DNA of 31,757 nucleotides from Bugula neritina (taxonomy: Eukaryota > Animalia > Bryozoa): assembly GCA_964035545.1 (NCBI GenBank), contig CAXIUT010000227.1:35554-67310 (forward strand), given 5' to 3'. Below the pieces are notes generated by a model. That model was given only the letters and a program-made list of their open reading frames with translations, was not told the origin of the DNA and did no database searches. Position 1 is the stretch's first letter. Each line of letters begins with the position of its first letter. This document shows, one piece after another, positions 23,676-31,757 of the stretch. The position numbers and the translations under genes are program-made.

Positions 23676-23890
23676 TAGTTCATATAATTAAACAAATAAT
23701 AGTCCTTTCAATTAAACAACTAATAGTTCTTTTAATTAAACAACTAATAGTTCATAGGATTAAACAACTAATAGTTCATATAATTAAACAGCTGATGGTT
23801 CATAGGATTAAACAACTAATAGTTCATATAATTAAACAGCTGATAGTTCATACAATTAGACAGCTGATAGTTCGTAGGATTAAACAACTG
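23676..23890. repeat. 24-bp minisatellite, about 9 copies, between divergent genes
   Basis: Unit ATTAAACAACTAATAGTTCATAGG with variants. Confidence 0.92.
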
Positions 23891-24042
23891 AAATAAGTTG
23901 CTTTTTCATGAAATATAGTCAATACTATGATGATTTTTAAATATTGATGATAGAAATAGAAAAATGCAATAATAATAGATTTGATTATGATTGTATTTGT
24001 GCAGTGACTGAATTAACCAATTATAACATTAATACTTAAGTG

Positions 24043-24414
24043 ATGGAAGACAAAAAAGCCAGATAGATCTACCAGCAACTCAAAGAACACTATGAAACCT
24101 GTTCTGATGATGATGAACAAAACAGACTCAATGAGGCCTCACAAAAACTCGACAGTGTCTTCAAGAAGATGCAAGTTGCTATGGAGAACTATGAGAAGAA
24201 AACTGAGGAAAACAACAGAAACTTTCAAGAGAAATTCAATGAGTTTATCAACCATTATTGGGAGCAAAGTTTTGAACCTCATGTGGACAAGATTCGAGAA
24301 ATGCAAGGAGTCAACAGGAGCAGATGGAATCAAATTTATCCCAAGATGGAAGCACTCAATCAGATGAGAAAAATCTACAGACAAACTTTCAGAAGCAGTG
24401 GAAAATTGGAATGA
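24043..24414 (+). CDS. Small helical hypothetical protein (123 aa)
   Basis: Intact frame MEDKKAREIYQQLKEHYETCS...FRSSGKLE-TGA. Confidence 0.75.
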
Positions 24415-24604
24415 TCTCTGCTAACCTTTGATTCAAATCATCTATTCTTATTGAAATATAGGCTGATATCAGTCTGATTTAACAAATATGATTCTCCAAT
24501 AGTCCTACTAGACTGTTCAGATTAGATGTTAGATGCAATTGGTAAGTTATTATTTAAAAATTTTAGTTGAGAACTTAAATACAATATATTCGATAATAAT
24601 TCTT

Positions 24605-25318
24605 ATGCAGAACTAACTTAAACCTCTTTTCATTCCACTTTCAGCCAGAAATATGTGTTCTCTATCAGTCAAAAATCAAGAGCCATTTATCAGAAAGCCT
24701 CAGAGTCACAACAAAATAAAAATCAATCTTAAAAGACTACCCAACGATTTCTTTCAGTCTCCATCTTCAATGCCTGACATCACTCCTCTTACATAAATTA
24801 TTTACAAGTGCAAAACTGCTGCTCATCAGGGTAGAAAAGTTGATAAAAAGTAGCCACTACAGTCTTTACATCAACTTGATATTGATCTAAATGGTTCAAA
24901 GGGAGAGGCTCGTTAACATAAGAGCTAGAGGAGAAAGAGAGTATTACATAAAACTAAACTTACCTAACAATCATTTTAGAATAGCAACACTATGAACTGG
25001 ACTTTTTCTAGACCATTTTTTTCAGAATAGAAACAACCAGTTGCTCAATCTCTTCCTAAAAAGTAAGGCCTTGAATACTCATTCAACACTACTTAAAGAA
25101 TGCAGAGTAAAAGTCCAAGAGTCGCAAAACTAAAAAAGTTAGCTTCGAATACTGAATGTGTTAGAGGGACTGCTCAAAAGTAAGAGAATACTGAGAAAGT
25201 AAAGAGCCTGATAACAGATAAGATCAGTGAGTTAAATTTGAATAGGTTAAAAATGAATTTGAGAAAGAATAATCATCCTCAATCTTACCTACAGTACATT
25301 AAAAAATGTTGTTATTGA
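24605..25318 (+). CDS. Hypothetical basic, low-complexity protein
   Basis: 714-nt ATG-to-TGA span under table 30, MQNELKPLFIPLSAR...YIKKCCY. Start uncertain. Confidence 0.55.
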
Positions 25319-25404
25319 TTGCTAATCTAATTTATTGATGAAGTATTAGATAGTTTTGTTTAAATTATATTGTTATATAATTAAATTCACACGTACAAGA
25401 CAGT

Positions 25405-25917
25405 ATGAAGCTTCTCTACATGGCTCTGTTGGTCTTTCTGGCATGTATTTCAAGTGTGGTGGGAAAGATTCCTAATCCTTACAAAGTACTAGGGGTCAAA
25501 CAGGATGCTAATTAAGATTAAATTCGAAATGGATTCAAGAAAAGGTCTAAAAAATACCATCCTGATAGAAACAAATAAGATCCAAGGGCTAAAGAAAAGT
25601 TTTAAAAAATAGCCAATGCATATGAGTTGCTTAAAGATCCTGAAAGGAGAAGAATGTATGATCTAACTGGCGATTAAGATCCTCAAGCTCAACAGCAGCA
25701 ACAACATGGAGGTTTTGGAGGGTTTGGAGGAGGATTCGGAGGTTTCGGAGGAGGAATAGATATTTAATAATTAATGAGACAAGGATTTTTCGGTGGACAT
25801 CCTGGAGGACATCACGGTGGTGGAGGTCAGAGAAGGCAAAGAGGACAAAGAGGACAAAGAGGAACTACTTATACATTTAGTTTTGGAGGCGGATAAGGAA
25901 TGCAATTTGAGATGTGA
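25405..25917 (+). CDS. ER-targeted DnaJ/Hsp40 (J domain plus G/F-rich region, ERdj4-like architecture)
   Basis: Signal peptide, NPYKVLGV, KYHPDRN, KFEKIANAYELLKDPERRRMYD and GGFGG repeats. 170 aa, intact. Confidence 0.93.
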
Positions 25918-26080
25918 TATTGCGGTATTATATCAATCAGTAAGAATCACTAAATAATTTAAAAAGCTCTATTAAAGAAAGGTTGTCAATATTATTTAAT
26001 GTACTTTTTATGTTTGATATGATGGTATTATTTAGAATTTTGATATATCGCGCCTTATAATAAGATTTATCAGAAAAGAT

Positions 26081-26833
26081 ATGTAAGCAGTCAACCTTTT
26101 TCTTACTTTTGATTCATTCAAAAAGGCTTTAGGCAGTTGGTAAAAACCACTAGGTAAATTTTTGGACTCAAAACTATTCCAGTAGATCTACAAATTCATC
26201 AAGGCATAATATTAATCAGGCAAAAAGGTACACAAAAAGTAACTTAGATCTACCCCAAAATGGAGAATATTTTTAATGCTTTTTCTACTACTCCTATTTC
26301 TAATATTAAAGTGGTGATTGTCGGTCAAGATCCCTATCATCAACCGAACCAGGCTCACGGACTGTGTTTTAGTGTATTGAAGCCAGTGCCACCTCCGCCT
26401 TCTCTTAAAAACATCTACAAAAACCAAATAACTCATAAGTTAATTGATAAGGCTCCTAATCATGGAGATTTAACTAAATGGGCTGAACAAGGAGTGTTTC
26501 TTTTGAATGCTAGTTTAACTGTAGAGGATAGCAAACCAAACTCCCATGCGAAATGCGGATGGCAGAAGTTTACAGATCATGTTATTGATGTGATCAATCA
26601 GTAATGCAAGGAGGTTGTGTTTTTATTATGGGGAAAACCAGCTCAGGATAAAGCTAAATCGGTTAACACAATTAAACACTGCATCTTGAAGACATCTCAT
26701 CCTTCACCACTATCAGCTCATGCAGGATTTTTAACTTCAGGTACTTATCTGTTGATATTTAGACTGCTTCAACGACTGTAACAAATATTTGGAAAGTAAA
26801 GGTAAAAAACCAATAAACTGGAATCTTAACTGA
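26081..26833 (+). CDS. UNG: Uracil-DNA glycosylase, family 1
   Basis: GQDPYH, PPSLKNI, QGVFLLN, VFLLWG, HPSPLS and PINW. Introns 26228-26247 and 26741-26762. Spliced length 711 nt. Confidence 0.97.
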
Positions 26834-26929
26834 TAATCATCATCTGAATCTTTAATACTACCTAACAAAATCATCTTAGTTTGAGCTATTGATATAAATT
26901 TCTTTGATAATTATTATTTAAATCAACAG

Positions 26930-27415
26930 ATGGATAATTATGGTAGTGACGACGATTATGGTAATGCAATAGATGAGGAGGGAGTCGAGGAAGGATTTTC
27001 TGATTAATCTCAAGGATAAAGAGATTACTAGACTCCTGTTGATGAAGGCGAAGAACTCTAAAATGAGGAAGGGTTTGATGAAGAGGACGATTCAATAGAA
27101 GAGGAAAGTGTGCAGAGCAATAGTTACTAAGTTATTCAAGAAGAGGTGAAGACAAAAGCAAATGAGAAGAGGATAACATCTCCTTTTATGACTAAGTTCG
27201 AAAAAGCAAAAATAATCGGGATGAGAGCAGTTCAGATATCAAAGAATGCTCCTCTTTATTTAAAAAGTGAAAATATCGCCAATATGAACTGGGATCCAAT
27301 TACAATAGCCGAAAAAGAACTTGCTGACAAGAAGATTCCTTTTGTAATTAGAAGATATTTACCTGATGCCTCTTTTGAAGACTGGAAAATCAGTGATTTG
27401 AAAACTTTCGATTGA
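26930..27415 (+). CDS. RPB6: RNA polymerase I/II/III shared subunit RPB6 (POLR2F)
   Basis: Acidic N-terminus, then RITSPFMTKFEKAKIIGMRAVQIS...DPITIAEKEL..KKIPFVIRRYLPDASFEDW. Confidence 0.97.
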
Positions 27416-27480
27416 TCTTAAACTAAATAGCTTTAATTTTCTTTTCTTATAAAGATGATAATAACTCTAAAGTAAATAAA

Positions 27481-28523
27481 TCATCTTTTGGAGAATGTTA
27501 TCAAAGATTTCTTTATTTCTTTTTTTAAAAGTTATATTATATCTTTATCGAGGGAGATTTCTTTGAACTTATTTATCAGTTTTTGAATGTTGAATTAGTT
27601 AAATTACTTTTCTGTTGTTGCAATAAAAATTCCACAATATTAAAGATAGCCAAAAGGAATTTATGGCTTAGCAAAACCTCTAAATAGATAATATACTGTT
27701 TTAGAATTTATTATTATTAGTTGATGAGGAATATTCAACTTTTAGGATGTCTAAAATAGCTAATTGAGAATCAAAGATATATTGGAATTGATTTATTTTT
27801 CATATATTTGATTTATTAATGATTCAATTTTTACATAGAAAGCTCCTAACTTCTCAAAAACTGATATCTATAACCCTTTAAAAGTCAATTCCTGACAGAT
27901 ATTGTTGAGCCTTTCTCCTTTAACTGTTTAAAAAATGAACTGTTATGATTCTAACTGACCAAAATCGATTAATTGATAGTGAAAATGGTTGACTGAAGAA
28001 GCTCCTCCTTGAGAATTATACATTATTCTGAATGATAAAAATTGTACTGATAGTTTGGTAGTATTTTGTTTAAAATTAAAACTTTTTTAATAACCTCTAA
28101 ATTTAGTTTTTGGGGAAGATTGGACCTTATTGATGGGACTAAAAGCATATGACCGAAACATACAGGAGCTCCAGAGATAATCAATCGATTTGGATGTTAA
28201 TTTTAATGAATATTGAAGATTATTTATTATTTTTAAAAATCTATTTCGGCAATAGTTTCATCACAAGATATTTTATTAAAGTTAAATAGATTGGTATCGA
28301 AAGGAAATGATATTTTCTTCTATTAAAAAGATCTTTAAACCCAATTTGAAGGTCTTTTACCTCCATATGATACATTTTTAATGACAAAAAACTCGTCTTT
28401 ACGAGAAAATTAGTATTACTAAAAACATCCAAAATCATAGTTTTGAGATACTACACCCTTTTTGATGAGAATATGTCTGTATACTTATCTCCATTTCTGG
28501 GATATAGATTTGATACTTTCCAT
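27481..28523 (-). CDS. GDPGP1: GDP-hexose phosphorylase (GDPGP1/VTC2 family, HIT superfamily)
   Basis: PFDTNLFNFNKI, APVCFGHMLLVP..LPQ, IMYNSQGGASSVNHFHYQ and YLEYCG. Intron 28028-28047. Spliced length 1023 nt. Confidence 0.85.
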
Positions 28524-28643
28524 CTAATATTAACTATATATTCATAATTAAACTAAGATTTAGTTAGATTGATGCCTAATAAGAATAAGATAATGTGGAT
28601 ATTAGATTTAATGAGAATTGATTCATATCAAAATAATTTTATA

Positions 28644-31569
28644 ATGAAACACACTTCAAGTCATACAAGCAACTTCAAGTATTCAAGAAAAGAAAGAGAC
28701 CATCTCGAAATTCTTGATCACTCAGAAGGACCATCCAAGTTGGAGCATATTCAAATCAAAGAAGAAGATGAAACCCTGCTACCATCATACATAGAATAAG
28801 AACTTCATCTAAATTTATAGAAATATTCAGAAGATGTCAAGGAAGAACTGAGGTATTTACTTTTAGATCTCCTAAAATACCCATCTACTGTGCAGGCTGA
28901 ACGTCATCGGGATGCCAATCGATTGGGTTATAGTGACTTAAAACAGATAAAAAATAAATACTATGGAGAATCAACATATAACTCTTCAAGATTTAAAAGA
29001 GATCTTTGTGAGGATTGTGGTCTTCAGATTCAGGATAGGTAAATTTCTAATTGTTCGTCTGTGTGGGAGTTTCCAAAAGCAGGTATTGCAACTTATCATT
29101 TATTCAAAAATATGAAACTAGTGGTTGGACTTCTGTTTCTTCTTGGAATAATTTTTGGAATTCTCAATCTATACTTTAACATCATAACTACTCAAGAGAA
29201 AAGTACTATTGATAATGAGTCATTTCCTTTACTATTTTCTAATTTTGTTCAAACATCTAACTATAACACTGATACATCAATACTTTTGGTAATGAAAGTA
29301 TCATCGTATCTGTTAAGTGTAGTGTTGTTGGCTTGGTGGATTACTCTATTTTTTGTGCAGTGTTTTTCAAGTAAGTATGAACGGATCGTTGATCAATCCT
29401 ATCTTTCTGCCTCTGATTTTAGTATTATTTTATAAAATGTGCCTATCCATTACTCCGAGGATCGTCTTCAGGCATAAATGAATAAATATTTTTAAAGTTT
29501 TGTCTTTACTCATGACATCAAAAATATCGAGGGAGATGTTTTCAAACCTTTCAAAATTAAAAAAATATGTAGGACAGTTCCTTTTTCTCTAAGTTAAACC
29601 GATGTGCTTGATCGATAACTTGTAGGCTTGGATCATGATATTTCAGAAAAGAAAAGGTTGTTTGCTCGTTGGGTTTTTGAAATAAAAGATAATTTTCATT
29701 TTACTTTTAGCAAGACAGAAAGATAGAGGTAGTATTATAACTTCTAGAAGATGCTTTAGAGACGTAAAAATAAGATAAGAGAAATTTAGTCAAGAGCCCA
29801 AGATCAATACTAAAAAGCTAATTAAAAGATAACAACAACTATGATCGTTACTCTAGAATACAATCAATCAGCTAATGTAATTGAGTATTCAAATCCTCAA
29901 ACGATTCCATCTAAAATCAGATATATAATAAGTTGTTGTAAATCAACATACTACTTCGATATTCGTGACTTCAAGAAGAACTAAGAGTCGAATGTGGCAG
30001 TAGCTCGTGCTCCTGAGCCATAAGACATCATTTGGGGCAATGTAGCTGTTCCTTTAGACGTTCTTATTTGTAGAAAGGCAATAACTTGGGTAGTGATGAT
30101 TGCTCTATCGGGTATTTTGCTAGCTATCGTCTATGGTTTAAGTTATGGACAGAAAGATAATGGAGCTGGATTGTATTCATCTATTTTGATAGGATTGTTT
30201 GTAGTTTGCTTTAACATGCTTACCAAGTGTATTTTTGATTCGATATAGTTATTTTACGTAAGATCAGTGTTATTTAAAAAGATTTTACTGAAACTGAGAG
30301 GCAGCGAGGCATAATGCTGAAAGGACTGTTCGTGATGTCTTTTAACTGGACAATACCTTTAATTGTGACTAATGTAAACAACTAGAATTAAAATTACTAT
30401 TCATCAAGTGGATTGGTAAGTGAAGTATTGTTCGTGAGTATATTTGGTAGTTTACTACCTCCTTTGGTTCGTATATTTGATCCTGAACACTTCTTCAAGA
30501 TGATCTTGACTTATATTAAAATTAAACCAGGTAAATCTATTTTAATAAAGTTAACAAAATTGTTCTAAAACAAAGCTAACTTAATTAATACTTAGAACAT
30601 TCTTAATATTAGTTCGGATGGTGCTATATATATTACTTAGATATATTGTTTTTCTCATGTTTTTATGTCAATATTCAACCAGGTGTTCTCGTGCCTTCTT
30701 TGTTAGGCTGTTTTTTGATGTTTTGGGCTTAAAAATACTGTCTTCTCAATAGATCTCAACGTCCTATCATCAAAGTTCAGGCTCTTGAAGGAACTGTTGA
30801 GACTCTATTATCACTGACTCCTTTAGTTTTATGGCTAGGACATTTAGTTTGGGTGATAGTGATCATAGATGATTTCGATTCGGTATTATTTGGAGGAAAT
30901 ATGACTCTTTTGATATTGAGTTTGTTCTACTTTATCACTCCTTGGAGAGGTATCTATGTTGTTTTATTTCATATTCCTGAAGAAGAAATTCTTAGATATG
31001 ACGATTGTAGAATCAGGTTTCCAACTTAATACGATCGACTTAACCCTGCTACTATTGAATATGGAATGGCAGATTATGCTGATTATGTCCACTAGAGAAA
31101 AAAATATGATTAAAAAATAGCCTTAAATAAAAGTGAAGACCATATGTTATAACCCTTTAATAGTCACGTTGCTGAGTAAATATCCAAGATCCCTGCTATA
31201 TTTGGCAGAAAAAATAATGTATCTCGTAAGATAGAGGATAATATTTAGCCAAGAAACCTCAGAGGAGATGATATTTAATTACATATCATGCCTTCCAGAT
31301 CTTTAATAAAAAAGAATAACATTCCAGTTCATGTTAACAGTAAGGATGTTTCTCATGAGGGAAAGCAAAATTAAACTGAATAAAATTTAGATAAGAAGAA
31401 AGATGTTGAGGAAGATATTCTGAGCATGCCTGGAACATTAGGTACCGAGAAGAAGGGAGTGATGAATGTTAGTTCTAGTGGGAATACTTTTGGACGTAGG
31501 AAAGTAAATGATAAAAGAAAGAGTATCAGTGTAGTTGACCGGCCTGAAAATTATTAATTGTAAAAATGA
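28644..31569 (+). CDS. OSCA/TMEM63 (CSC1)-like multi-pass channel protein
   Basis: AGIATYHLF, SASDFSIILENVP, RAPEPEDIIWGN, QSELNEYLE, FWAEKYCLL and multiple TM helices. Introns 30229-30248 and 30531-30550. Spliced length 2886 nt. Confidence 0.83.
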
Positions 31570-31621
31570 TGTATAATTTTGAATTTATAATATTTCAATT
31601 AGTATTTTAATAGAAAAGAAA

Positions 31622-31757
31622 GGGGTTGGGGTTGGGGTTGGGGTTGGGGTTGGGGTTGGGGTTGGGGTTGGGGTTGGGGTTGGGGTTGGGGTTGGGGTTG
31701 GGGTTGGGGTTGGGGTTGGGGTTGGGGTTGGGGTTGGGGTTGGGGTTGGGGGTTGGG
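31622..31757. repeat. Right telomere, (GGGGTT)n
   Basis: G4T2 array to the window end, starting 52 bp after the TGA. Confidence 0.98.

Noticed and set aside
23666-23896. ORF with an IKQLIVHR repeat
   Set aside because: It follows from the 24-bp period of the minisatellite. There is no independent coding evidence, and its TAA is not a stop in this code.
180-31569. Standard ciliate code (TAR=Gln) or a split code (TAA=Lys, TAG=Glu)
   Set aside because: Both TAA and TAG occupy conserved acidic positions in the PB1, MFS, MORN, CFAP206 and OSCA motifs.

Overview
AT-rich eukaryotic DNA from a ciliate macronucleus. It has C4A2/G4T2 telomeres, tiny GT..AG introns that are mostly exactly 20 nt, and a genetic code in which TAA and TAG encode glutamate while TGA is the only stop (peritrich code, NCBI table 30). 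The supplied standard-code ORF track therefore fragments or misses almost every gene. The window is three telomere-ended segments joined head to tail. Segment 1 (1-10965) is a complete telomere-to-telomere ~11 kb, six-gene minichromosome: CFAP206, an STN1/RPA32-like OB-fold protein and a purple acid phosphatase on the minus strand, a central 59-bp minisatellite, then an MFS transporter, a hypothetical protein and a PB1-ZZ protein on the plus strand. Segment 2 (10966-19681) holds a pseudokinase-MORN, a hypothetical protein, an ELM2-motif protein, an NAD(P)-binding oxidoreductase, a B-box-MORN and a type I membrane protein. Segment 3 (19682-31757) holds a Cys-rich surface protein, a 24-bp minisatellite, two hypotheticals, an ER DnaJ, UNG, RPB6, a GDPGP1/VTC2-like enzyme and an OSCA/TMEM63-like channel. 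Both internal G4T2 tracts run straight into truncated coding sequence in the wrong polarity for a left chromosome end, so the joins are probably chimeric. Indel errors, mainly in segment 1, make some boundaries approximate. All protein assignments come from manual translation and motif recall; no database search was run.
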